DNA of 64,000 bases from Candidatus Nomurabacteria bacterium (lineage in GTDB: Bacteria > Patescibacteriota > Minisyncoccia > Phycocordibacterales > CAIZLB01): NCBI GenBank assembly GCA_943356525.1, contig CALRFG010000001.1:7278-71277 (forward strand), read 5' to 3'. The position numbers and the translations under genes were made by a program. The notes below the pieces were generated by a model. It saw only the letters and a list, made by a program, of their open reading frames with translations, was not told where the DNA came from and did no database searches. Shown here piece after piece: positions 8,064-17,694 of the stretch. How positions within the stretch are numbered: position 1 is the stretch's first letter; every line of letters starts with the position of its first letter.

Positions 8064-10895
8064 TTAAATCTCATTAATAGTCGGGTTTACACGACAGATA
8101 CTAGAAGATACTATGGTTGTACTTGTGTCTCCTGAACAGCTTATGGTGTATCTTGTGTTTTGATATATTGGAGGTGATATCCATTTACCAGAGTTACCTG
8201 AAAGCGATTCAGGAGTTATGTCGCCGCCACTCAATGTACACGTCATACCAGTAGTAGGTCTATTTATTATCTCCCAGTCAAGTGTACAAGTACCACCTTT
8301 ATTTAAAGTTATGGCTGGGGTTTTTTTAATGATGATTTCAGTTAAGGCTGTTGTGTTTTCAACAGAACAAGTTGCGTTTGATTTAGAACCATCAGAATCA
8401 GTTAAATTCACCGTTAGTGACAGAGGTGTTCCTGGTGTTGTAGTTGTTGAATATATGTAGGTGTATGGTGGAGATGATTTTAGTGTAGATACATTTGGTG
8501 AGTGTGTATATGTTACATTTCCTATTCTGTTAATAGGGGTAAATGTAAAAAATGTCTTATCTAATGAGGTTGTTGGTGAACAATATGAATTGAAAGCACA
8601 TTGTGGAGAGTTTAGTGTTGTAGTTGTTGCTACCCCACCTGTTGTACATGTATTTGTTCGAGTATTGTTACATGAACATACCTGTTGGGGGGTAGTTGTG
8701 GCTTCGCATGTATTATCTGTTGCTGATTCAATCCACACACTATTTAAATTACAAGTTCTATCAGATTGACAAACTATCAAAGATTGAAAGAAAGGTGCTA
8801 TTGTTTTATATTTAGAATATGTGGTTGATGTGGCCACAAAAGTCCACAAAACATTATATGCTGGTATAACGGTATCATTTTTTGTTTTTTCCTCAACTTC
8901 ACCATTATATAAACCCTTACCGCTGTATTTATAAGATGATGAATCTACAAGCAATGGGTCTCTACAAGTAGCGTTTGATGTTAAACCTAGTTCTATTAGA
9001 CTGTATCCTCTAGTCCAAGAATCGGTGTCATGTCCGGTATTATATAACCTAAATACTACATTACACGAACCATCATAAGACATACTGGGATAATTTTCTT
9101 TATAGGCACCATAATAATATTTCTGAGAAGCACCTAGACTACTTGATTTTGCATATACATTACCAAATTTGAACTCAAAAATAGGAAATCTTATTTGCCA
9201 CCAAGAACTTGTTTGTTCCATCAAAGCATAAAAACCTTTATTTTGATTTTTTAAACTAGGTATATCAGCTGGGTTTATACCTAGATAATCACAAACATTT
9301 ACAGTTTGATCACTCCATGAACTAGTAGGGTGTTTTACAGGTGTCATGTACACACTACCTTTTATATATGTATCACTAAGACTTGTTGTACCGTCACTGT
9401 TTGTACATGTTGTTATAGATAATAAATTACTGTTATTTTCATAAGTATCAGTATTAACAACTCTAGATTTACACATAGATGGTTCAATCTTACCTGCTTC
9501 AATTACTCTAACTTTTGCACCCATAGTATTTGAATCAGCACCTTTGTATACAGATGTAACAATAACCTTACAACTACCATCATATGTTGCATAGTTAACA
9601 TTTCTTTTTCTTCCTCCTGGATCAAAAGTCACGGTACTTGCAGTACCTTTTTTAAAACTGAAAATGTGATACCTTTTTTTTAGCCAAGCTGAAGTAGCTG
9701 AATCAGAAATAACATAAAAGTTATCATTACTTTTAAGGTTACTCATATTAACACAAACATCAACAGTAATAGAAGCAGGACTAGAGGCTGTGGTTATAAT
9801 ATTACCAGTTGAAAAATTTTTTCTAACCCTAGCGTCAGTTGTTGAGCAACTCTCATTCTGTTGGCAAACAGATGTGGTTTTTATATCTTCAAGGCATGTA
9901 TCGGCAGGTTTGTTTACACCACCACAAGTTTCAACTGCTGAAATATTTGATGATACAAACAAAGCTAAAATTATTAGTAGTAACAAAAATAAACCAGCAA
10001 TCACCTTTTTACTTATTTTAGTTTTAAAAACAAAAAATAATATAACCATCAAGGCAATCATCATACCTAAAATTATATAATATATATTATTACTGTTTGT
10101 TTTTTTTAAATCAACAGTTTTAGATTGGGTCAATATTACTTGACCATCAATATCTTTTATGTCTATTTTTAATACAACTTCACCTTTTAGTTTTGATAAA
10201 GCATCTATGTTTTCATCAACAATAATACTACCTTCATTAAAAAACTTCTTATCTGATTCTTTTTTAAATATTTCAACACCTTCTTTTGTTAACGTAACAA
10301 CAATTTTATTATCCTGATCAGTATCAAATAAAGAAACATAGCCTATATTAGCCAATACGTTTGTATCCTCTATTATGATATCTGACGTTGTAAAACTATA
10401 AGCTGAATTTGACACATTAAATGAATAATCTAAATTTAATTTTTTATCACCTATTTCAATAGTTAAAATTAGGTCATATTTTCCACCTTCAAAATTTAAC
10501 GGTATTTTGATATTAATTTTATCATTTTCTAGAAACACCTCCTCAAAATATGTTTTATTTTCTTCTAAATATTGATTAAAACCTTCAATCTCTGTGTTTA
10601 TTTTTTGATTTGGTGTTTTTAATGAATAAACCAAATCCTTATTATCATTTTTAAAAATTTTCAAATCAATTTTAGGTTCAGTATCTTCGAATGAATTTTC
10701 TTTATTATCGTTAGTAAACGATATATTTAAGTTTGAATTTTTTGTCAAAGATATATTCTTTGATTCATCTTGTATAAATGAATCTGACTGTATTTTAAAA
10801 TTATCTTTAGAATATAAAACCAGTTCAGTGGAATAAATATTATTATTAATCAATAAATTTATTATTAATAAAAAAAATAAAGTGTATTTTCTCAT
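8064..10895 (-). CDS. Large surface protein, paralog of 3336-6317, with TM plus internal signal-like segment and two internal repeat domains
   Basis: 943-aa ORF ending CRVNPTINEI; YDGSC-containing domain present twice. Confidence 0.85.
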   Translation of the reverse strand: MRKYTLFFLLIINLLINNNIYSTELVLYSKDNFKIQSDSFIQDESKNISLTKNSNLNISFTNDNKENSFEDTEPKIDLKIFKNDNKDLVYSLKTPNQKINTEIEGFNQYLEENKTYFEEVFLENDKINIKIPLNFEGGKYDLILTIEIGDKKLNLDYSFNVSNSAYSFTTSDIIIEDTNVLANIGYVSLFDTDQDNKIVVTLTKEGVEIFKKESDKKFFNEGSIIVDENIDALSKLKGEVVLKIDIKDIDGQVILTQSKTVDLKKTNSNNIYYIILGMMIALMVILFFVFKTKISKKVIAGLFLLLLIILALFVSSNISAVETCGGVNKPADTCLEDIKTTSVCQQNESCSTTDARVRKNFSTGNIITTASSPASITVDVCVNMSNLKSNDNFYVISDSATSAWLKKRYHIFSFKKGTASTVTFDPGGRKRNVNYATYDGSCKVIVTSVYKGADSNTMGAKVRVIEAGKIEPSMCKSRVVNTDTYENNSNLLSITTCTNSDGTTSLSDTYIKGSVYMTPVKHPTSSWSDQTVNVCDYLGINPADIPSLKNQNKGFYALMEQTSSWWQIRFPIFEFKFGNVYAKSSSLGASQKYYYGAYKENYPSMSYDGSCNVVFRLYNTGHDTDSWTRGYSLIELGLTSNATCRDPLLVDSSSYKYSGKGLYNGEVEEKTKNDTVIPAYNVLWTFVATSTTYSKYKTIAPFFQSLIVCQSDRTCNLNSVWIESATDNTCEATTTPQQVCSCNNTRTNTCTTGGVATTTTLNSPQCAFNSYCSPTTSLDKTFFTFTPINRIGNVTYTHSPNVSTLKSSPPYTYIYSTTTTPGTPLSLTVNLTDSDGSKSNATCSVENTTALTEIIIKKTPAITLNKGGTCTLDWEIINRPTTGMTCTLSGGDITPESLSGNSGKWISPPIYQNTRYTISCSGDTSTTIVSSSICRVNPTINEI

Positions 10896-10933
10896 ATACT
10901 AAATTATATCATTCTTTAAAAAAATACGTAGAA

Positions 10934-11347
10934 TTAATCAATTTTCACTGACCTCATATCCACATCCTCAACATAATCAAATCTTATTACAATATCTGGT
11001 TTTATTTCATCATTTTCTATGATAATAGGCCATTCTATAAATATAAGGTTTTCTTTATCTTCTAAATATTCTTCTATTCTTATCTTTTGTAAATCTTTAT
11101 AAGACTCCAACCTGTAAGCGTCTATGTGTATCAATTTTTTAAAATTTTCTATAGGAAATTCATAGCTTTTTAATATAGTAAATGTTGGACTTGTTATATC
11201 AATATTTAAATCTAGTTGCTTACACAGGTTTTTTGTAAAAGTTGTCTTACCAGAACCTAAATCACCCTGTAAATAAACAACAGTAGCCTTATCTTTGTTA
11301 GTTATAGATTTTAATTTTTTTATAAATTCTTCATAGATATTTTCCAT
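10934..11347 (-). CDS. tsaE: tRNA threonylcarbamoyladenosine biosynthesis ATPase TsaE
   Basis: GDLGSGKTTF, ITSPTF, HIDAYRL and IEWP motifs. Confidence 0.96.
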   Translation of the reverse strand: MENIYEEFIKKLKSITNKDKATVVYLQGDLGSGKTTFTKNLCKQLDLNIDITSPTFTILKSYEFPIENFKKLIHIDAYRLESYKDLQKIRIEEYLEDKENLIFIEWPIIIENDEIKPDIVIRFDYVEDVDMRSVKID

Positions 11348-11419
11348 AAATATACAATAAACAAAAACACCCTCTTTTACAAGGATGATTTTGTATTAAA
11401 AACTTTTTACAATCAAAGG

Positions 11420-12526
11420 TTAGATATTTTCTATAGTTAGTCTTTTTTTAGCTTGATAAATGAAGGCAAACACTGCTCCTAATATCAGAACCATAGTTGC
11501 AACCATGTAGTCAAAGAAACTTAAAGATAGACCTGTTGCAGGCAACTGACTTAGATAAACTCCTGATACAGGTGTTCCTGAAGTTATACCAGGTGTTAGA
11601 CTTACTGACGATCCACCAGTGTATGAAGGTGTGTATGAGTTGTAATAGTTTCCGTAAACAGAGTTATTGTTTTCAAAAGTAACATTACATGTTTTTGTAA
11701 TAATCTCTTGATCAGATCTTATTGTAATATTTATGTATTTTTTACCAGTTGTGTAAGATGTAAATGATGTAGATGCACCTGAAACACTGTTTATATCACC
11801 ACCCCATATGTAAGTATAGTTACCTATACCACCTGTTGCATAAGCCGTAGCTGTTACTGATTGACCAGGTCTAGGGTTTGATGGAGTTATTGTACAATAA
11901 CCATCTAACAAAACACGATTAGGGTTATGAACTACAGCATTACCAGTTGGGTTTGTATAAACATATACATTGTTATTGTTAACATTATTGTTTATAGCTG
12001 TAGCAGTTGATGATGAGTTTGAGTTTGAAGTTGAAGTTGAAGTCGAGTTTGATAGGTTGGTGTTTGTATTGGCGTTATTATTTGATGTAGTGTTTGATGA
12101 ATAGTTTGAATTAGGTATAAATGAAGATGTGTATGATGAACCATATGATGGTAAAGAGTATCCACTGTAATATGAACCACTGTATGATGGTAGAGAGTAT
12201 CCACTATAACTAGAACCACTATATGACGGCGTGTAGTAAGACGGAGTATATGATGATCCGTAGTTATATGATGGTGAAGAATATGAGGGTGAAGAATATG
12301 AAGGGGTGTATGATGGTGAAGAATAAGAATACACAGGAGAGTATGAGTAAGTACTTGGACCTGAATAACCATAATTTGAGGTATATCCACCACCAGTCAT
12401 GATACCAGGACCTCCAGTTCCTGAAAAAGAATTATCTTTTCCCGCGAAAACCACACCAGGTATCATAAATATAGCAAAAACTACCATAATTATTGTTTTT
12501 TTGATTTGTTTGTTTGTTTTTAACAT
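11420..12526 (-). CDS. Secreted Ser/Tyr/Gly/Asn-rich protein with PKD-like domain and LPxTG-like C-terminal anchor
   Basis: Signal peptide, SYSGYSLPSY repeats, then LPATG + TM + KKR tail. Confidence 0.8.
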   Translation of the reverse strand: MLKTNKQIKKTIIMVVFAIFMIPGVVFAGKDNSFSGTGGPGIMTGGGYTSNYGYSGPSTYSYSPVYSYSSPSYTPSYSSPSYSSPSYNYGSSYTPSYYTPSYSGSSYSGYSLPSYSGSYYSGYSLPSYGSSYTSSFIPNSNYSSNTTSNNNANTNTNLSNSTSTSTSNSNSSSTATAINNNVNNNNVYVYTNPTGNAVVHNPNRVLLDGYCTITPSNPRPGQSVTATAYATGGIGNYTYIWGGDINSVSGASTSFTSYTTGKKYINITIRSDQEIITKTCNVTFENNNSVYGNYYNSYTPSYTGGSSVSLTPGITSGTPVSGVYLSQLPATGLSLSFFDYMVATMVLILGAVFAFIYQAKKRLTIENI

Positions 12527-12621
12527 TATGAGTATATTATAGCATATATGAAATATTTGTCAAGCTATATAAAACAAAAACCTTGGGGATTAACCCAAGG
12601 CCCAAAAGACGAATCTTTTGA

Positions 12622-13398
12622 TTATTTGTGAACAACTTTGAATGTTGTTCCTGTTGGTAGTTCATAAATCCACCTTGCAACTTCTCCGTTGTGGCGGTTA
12701 CACCCAGCACTATTCCCAGTCTCAGACCTGTTGCCAGATATGTCACCTCGATGAGTATAATTGCCACTATCATTTTTGTCACCTATATGGTGGTCGATAT
12801 GATAAGCATATGGCATAAAGCTTTTTCTGCTCCTAGACCACCTACCAGGTAAACCTTTGTGTTCTTCATTACCTTTTTCTGACAGGGTGTGAATACCCTC
12901 AGAAAGCCACGCTGATTTATCTTTTGAGGTCGAATTTCTAACAACTCCAATGATTTCACCGCCGGCATTTATAAGGTGTGTAACACCTAGACCACCGTCA
13001 AAATAGTAACAAATGAATGTTGCTATTTTTTGATCAACAGCAATCCATGATACAGTCAAAGGGTTTTGTGCCGAAACATCAACCAAACTATAGATAGTTT
13101 TCAAATCACCTTTTAGGGGTAAAATGATTTCGGTTGTGTTTTTGGCATCAAAATATTGATACCATTTGAATGGGTCAATTTCTTGAGCCCAAGAAAGGTT
13201 GAAGATTTTCTGGAATTTTTCTGGAACACTTTTATTTGGTCCATTTATTCCCCAGTAAACATAGTCCGGGCTATCCGGAATACCTACATTTAAACCTTTG
13301 TACTCAAAGGTTTTTGCATGTAAGTTGGAGTTGGTTAGAGTTAGTAAAAGTGACAAAATTAATGCCGCAAAACAAGTGATTTTTAAGTTAAGTTTCAT
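12622..13398 (-). CDS. Secreted L,D-transpeptidase (YkuD-like) domain protein
   Basis: Signal peptide; MPYA...THRG...SAGCNR...ARWIYELPTGT matches the YkuD His/SxGC catalytic layout. Confidence 0.7.
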   Translation of the reverse strand: MKLNLKITCFAALILSLLLTLTNSNLHAKTFEYKGLNVGIPDSPDYVYWGINGPNKSVPEKFQKIFNLSWAQEIDPFKWYQYFDAKNTTEIILPLKGDLKTIYSLVDVSAQNPLTVSWIAVDQKIATFICYYFDGGLGVTHLINAGGEIIGVVRNSTSKDKSAWLSEGIHTLSEKGNEEHKGLPGRWSRSRKSFMPYAYHIDHHIGDKNDSGNYTHRGDISGNRSETGNSAGCNRHNGEVARWIYELPTGTTFKVVHK

Positions 13399-13439
13399 AC
13401 TGTATATATTATATCATATATAACAATAATGTCAATGAA

Positions 13440-13469
13440 AAAACCCAGAGCGTTAATAGCTCTGAGTTT
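13440..13469 (-). terminator. Intrinsic terminator after the lipoprotein gene
   Basis: CAGAGC-GTTAATA-GCTCTG stem with a flanking A tract. Confidence 0.55.
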
Positions 13470-13493
13470 GAATATTTCACTGTAAATTAAGGG

Positions 13494-14030
13494 TTAATTG
13501 ACAGGAAACATTTTTCTGATTTCGGCTGGAACCTCCGATTCTGGAACAAAAATCGTTTGAGTCCTTATGCTCACAGGGTTCTTTTTCTGTTCAAGTTTAA
13601 CAAAAAAAGTTCCGTCGGGGTCATACATCCCAGATAAAGCCCTTTTTGCAAAGGGGATATATTCCTCCCCTTGAGGTAGAGTACCTTTGTCACTTAGCTT
13701 TTTTGAAGCCATTTGAGAGATTTCTCTTTCAACAAGGTTAATTCTTTCGGGTGTTATTCCAGAACCACGAGCAGGAACGAGTCCGACTGTGGCAGTAACA
13801 CTGCCGCTATAGTATGGTGTTTTTTTAGTAACATTAACACCTTTTAACTGTTTTACGGTTCGTGTTTGGGTCTCCGACACCTCTCTTAAACCATCTTGAC
13901 CTTGTAGGTTTTGGATATAGGGCCGGATTGCCAGCGGTTGACCCTCTGGGACAAAGTGTACACAGGACGAGAGGCAAAGGATAGCAAGAATAATAGTGAC
14001 AGTGACGACGATTTTAACGATATTTTTCAT
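13494..14030 (-). CDS. Hypothetical lipoprotein
   Basis: Hydrophobic leader followed by an LSSC lipobox. Confidence 0.65.
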   Translation of the reverse strand: MKNIVKIVVTVTIILAILCLSSCVHFVPEGQPLAIRPYIQNLQGQDGLREVSETQTRTVKQLKGVNVTKKTPYYSGSVTATVGLVPARGSGITPERINLVEREISQMASKKLSDKGTLPQGEEYIPFAKRALSGMYDPDGTFFVKLEQKKNPVSIRTQTIFVPESEVPAEIRKMFPVN

Positions 14031-14174
14031 GACTTCTGGAGTAGTTTGTTTTGTTTTTGTTCAACTCCATCCCTACATAGGGTGGACTTAGATGTTAACA
14101 TATTAACACAAAACAACTTAAAAGTCAATCATCTGCAATTAGCACAAAACATTATAAACATTTACAATACATTC

Positions 14175-15857
14175 ATGACAATAATCTTTGATGAAGATAA
14201 GAAAAACCAACAACTCAAACAAATGAGACAAGAAGAAGATGAAAGACTTGTAAAAATGCTTTCGGATCGATACTCTATTCCTTATATAAACCTCTCTACA
14301 GTTTCTATAAACACTGACGCACTTCGATTACTTGATCAAGAGGAGTCTAAAAAATCTGAATGTGTTATTTTTGATATTGTCGGTAAAAAACTTTACCTTG
14401 CTTTATATAATCCATTAAATTCAAATATTGAAGTGACTGTAGATAGTTTAAAAAGAAAAGGATATGAAATAGTTTTTCACATAGCATCAATGTATAGTGT
14501 TGAAAAAGCATTTAATTTTTACAAAGATTTATCTTTTGCTGTTGAAACAGAGGCGGGTTCATTGGATATATCAAATAATGAAATAGAGACGCTTGTTGAA
14601 AAAACACAAAGTCTTGATGATATTAAAATTTTTATTGAAGAAGCTTTGAAGGAAAAAAAGAGTCACAGGCTTTCAAAACTTTTGGCTGTTATTATGGCTG
14701 GAGGTCTTGCAACGAAAGCATCTGATATACACATAGAAGCAGAAGATTCGTATTCAAAACTTAGATACCGTGTCGATGGTGTTCTAATAGAAACTTCTCG
14801 TTTTGACCTTGAAACATATCATTCACTTTTATCTCGTTTAAAACTTTTATCAGGACTTAAGTTAAATATAAAAGAAAATTCACAAGATGGAAGATTTACA
14901 ATAAAAATTTATACTGCGGATGTTGAGATCCGTGTTTCAACTATACCAGGGGCATATGGCGAGTCTGTTGTTATGCGTATTCTAAACCCTAAATCTATCT
15001 CATCAGGACTTGAGGATTTAGGAATGACAAAAAAACTATATGACATTGTCATGAAAGAAATAAGTAGACCAAATGGTCTTATACTTCTAACTGGACCAAC
15101 AGGTTCTGGAAAAACTACAACTTTGTATGCATTTTTAAAAAAGACAATGTCACCTGAGTATAAAATAATAACTATCGAGGACCCTGTTGAATATCATTTA
15201 CCTGGAGTTGTCCAGACACAAGTTGATGAAAATAAAGGATATACTTTTGGTGAGGGTTTGAGATCTATTCTTCGTCAAGATCCTGATATTATTCTTGTGG
15301 GTGAGATACGTGATTCAGAAACAGCTTCAACAGCTATACAAGCATCACTTACAGGTCATTTGGTTTTCTCCACATTGCACACCAACAACGCAGCTGGAAC
15401 TTTTATACGACTTATGGACCTAGGTGCTGATCCAAAAACATTAACATCCTCTCTTCATTTAGCTATAGCACAAAGACTTATAAGAACATTGTGTCTAGAC
15501 TGTAGAAAACTTGTTGATATAACAGAAAGACAAAAAAGAATAATACAAGAAACAATAAATTCTTTAGATGGTTATGAAGAAAAAGATGAAATAAAAGAAA
15601 TACCTATGCAACTTTATCAAGCTGTTGGTTGTAAAGAATGTAATAACACTGGTTATAAAGGACGTATCGGAATACATGAAGGAATATTATCAAATGAAAA
15701 AATAGAAAAAATTATTGCAACCGGTCCAAGTGAAAGAGAAATTAAAGAAGCTGCTTTAGATCAAAAACTAATAAATATGAAGCAGGATGGTATTATAAAA
15801 ATACTGAAAGGAATAACAACGATAGATGAGCTAGAGAGAGTTGTTGATATATATTAA
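14175..15857 (+). CDS. GspE/PilB family pilus assembly ATPase with Cys4 zinc site
   Basis: GPTGSGKTT, EDPVE, LRQDPD, TGHLVFSTLHTN, CLDC...CKEC. Probable start is ATG 14175. Confidence 0.93.
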   Translation: MTIIFDEDKKNQQLKQMRQEEDERLVKMLSDRYSIPYINLSTVSINTDALRLLDQEESKKSECVIFDIVGKKLYLALYNPLNSNIEVTVDSLKRKGYEIVFHIASMYSVEKAFNFYKDLSFAVETEAGSLDISNNEIETLVEKTQSLDDIKIFIEEALKEKKSHRLSKLLAVIMAGGLATKASDIHIEAEDSYSKLRYRVDGVLIETSRFDLETYHSLLSRLKLLSGLKLNIKENSQDGRFTIKIYTADVEIRVSTIPGAYGESVVMRILNPKSISSGLEDLGMTKKLYDIVMKEISRPNGLILLTGPTGSGKTTTLYAFLKKTMSPEYKIITIEDPVEYHLPGVVQTQVDENKGYTFGEGLRSILRQDPDIILVGEIRDSETASTAIQASLTGHLVFSTLHTNNAAGTFIRLMDLGADPKTLTSSLHLAIAQRLIRTLCLDCRKLVDITERQKRIIQETINSLDGYEEKDEIKEIPMQLYQAVGCKECNNTGYKGRIGIHEGILSNEKIEKIIATGPSEREIKEAALDQKLINMKQDGIIKILKGITTIDELERVVDIY

Positions 15858-16160
15858 AAAAATTTATTAGTCAATTGACTAATAAAAAATAAAAACATAT
15901 CATAAAAAAGAACAGCTCCTTAAATCTCCAAGCAAAACTTTTTTCGTTAAGAAAAAAGCTCAATGTGTTTTCAAGGATAGCCTCAGGAATATAGCAAGCT
16001 ATACACCAAAGCGTCCTCTAACTCACACCAAAAAATCCAGGGGATTTATTGCTTGGAGACTTAAAAAGCCGATTCAAAATTTAGTTCTGTTTCTTTTTAT
16101 AAAATATAAAACAAAACATTTATCAAGTAACTATAACAAGTATAGCATATCGCTATCATC

Positions 16161-17180
16161 ATGTCAAGCGACTTAAATATCATCAAAAACAACGCTCCTG
16201 AAGACAAAGTTTTAGACCAAACCCTTAGACCATCGTCTTTCAATGAGTATATCGGACAAGAAAGTATTAAAAACAACCTTAATATACTATTAAAAGCAGC
16301 TAAAGGACGCAACCATGCTCCCGAACATATACTTTTCTACGGATCTCCGGGACTTGGCAAAACCACACTTGCCTATCTTGTGGCAAAAGAACTTGGCTCA
16401 CAAATGAAAGTAACCTCAGGACCTGCTATTGAGCGAGTGGGTGACCTTGCGTCTATACTTACCAATCTTTCACCGGGAGATATTTTGTTTATAGATGAGG
16501 TTCACAGACTTAACAAGTCCGTAGAGGAGATATTGTACCCAGCCATGGAGTCTGGGCAGATGGATATTATAGTAGGCAAAGGCCCTGCCGCCCGTACAAT
16601 ACAACTAGACCTCCCTCCTTTTACTCTTATAGCAGCCACCACAAGGGTCGCAATGATATCTTCACCTCTTCGTTCACGTTTCTCGGGAGGTGTCTTTAAG
16701 CTTGAATTTTACACAAATGATGAGATACAGTTTATAGTAGAAAGATCTGCAAAAATATTGGGAATAGACCTGGATAAAAAAGCTGCTTTATATATTGCCC
16801 AAAGAAGTAGAAAAACTCCAAGAACAGCTAACTATCTATTGAAAAGATGTCGCGACCTTGCACAAATATATGAAAAATCATTAGATGAGGATATTGTTAT
16901 AGAAGCATTGAATATGATAGGAACAGATAAAATTGGTTTAAATAAGTCTGATATTGATTTGCTTGAAACTATTATTAACAAGTATAGTGGTGGACCTGTT
17001 GGTCTTTCAACAATAGCCGCATCTCTCTCTGAAGATGAAGCAACTATAGAGGATTTTAATGAACCCTATCTTATACAACTTGGGTTTTTAGATAGAACTC
17101 CTCGAGGACGAGTTGTTACAGAGTCAGCTTATGATCATTTAAATATTCCTTATACAAAAAATAATATAGATGGTAAATAA
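16161..17180 (+). CDS. ruvB: Holliday junction branch migration helicase RuvB
   Basis: LRP..F.EYIGQ, GSPGLGKTT, FIDEVHRL and RTPRGR motifs. Confidence 0.97.
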   Translation: MSSDLNIIKNNAPEDKVLDQTLRPSSFNEYIGQESIKNNLNILLKAAKGRNHAPEHILFYGSPGLGKTTLAYLVAKELGSQMKVTSGPAIERVGDLASILTNLSPGDILFIDEVHRLNKSVEEILYPAMESGQMDIIVGKGPAARTIQLDLPPFTLIAATTRVAMISSPLRSRFSGGVFKLEFYTNDEIQFIVERSAKILGIDLDKKAALYIAQRSRKTPRTANYLLKRCRDLAQIYEKSLDEDIVIEALNMIGTDKIGLNKSDIDLLETIINKYSGGPVGLSTIAASLSEDEATIEDFNEPYLIQLGFLDRTPRGRVVTESAYDHLNIPYTKNNIDGK

Positions 17181-17679
17181 TATAAAAGAAAAAATAATAC
17201 TTTCTATAGATCCAGGATACGAAAGACTTGGTATATGTGTGTTAAAAAAAGATATGATAATAAAAAAAACGGAATTACTTCACTCCGAATGTTTTAAGAC
17301 ATCTAAAGATGATGATTTTAAAGACAGAATACTCAAAATAGGTTTATATATAGAAAGTATAATAGAAAAATACAAGCCAGAAGATCTTGCTATAGAAAAT
17401 CTTTTTATGAATACAAATCAAAAAACAGCATTGAAAGTTAGTGAAGTTAAGGGGGTTTTGATATATATATGTAAAAAATATCAGATGGGTGTTTTTGAAT
17501 ACACACCGCTTCAAATAAAATCTGCGATAACAGGCTCTGGAAGAAGTGATAAGGTTGCTGTTAAAAAAATGTTGTTTTTATTGATGCCTGAATTGAAAAA
17601 AGATGGAAAAAAAATAGATGATGAATATGATGCTATAGCTTGTGGATTGACGCACTTTGCATTCATGAGAGGTATATGA
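17170..17679 (+). CDS. ruvC: Holliday junction resolvase RuvC
   Basis: IDPG, AIE, EYTPLQIK, GSGRSDK and DD..DAIA motifs. Confidence 0.95.
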   Translation: MVNNIKEKIILSIDPGYERLGICVLKKDMIIKKTELLHSECFKTSKDDDFKDRILKIGLYIESIIEKYKPEDLAIENLFMNTNQKTALKVSEVKGVLIYICKKYQMGVFEYTPLQIKSAITGSGRSDKVAVKKMLFLLMPELKKDGKKIDDEYDAIACGLTHFAFMRGI

Positions 17680-17694
17680 TTTAATATCAACAAT

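Noticed and set aside
7948-11041. Diversity-generating retroelement (TR/VR) explanation for the tsaE repeat
   Set aside because: The 5 mismatches are not adenine-specific and no reverse transcriptase is in the window.
11992-12393. His-rich 133-aa ORF
   Set aside because: It is an alternate frame of the Ser/Tyr/Pro repeats in the LPxTG protein.
13911-14174. N-terminal extension of the PilB ORF
   Set aside because: It overlaps the divergent lipoprotein gene; ATG 14175 is more plausible.
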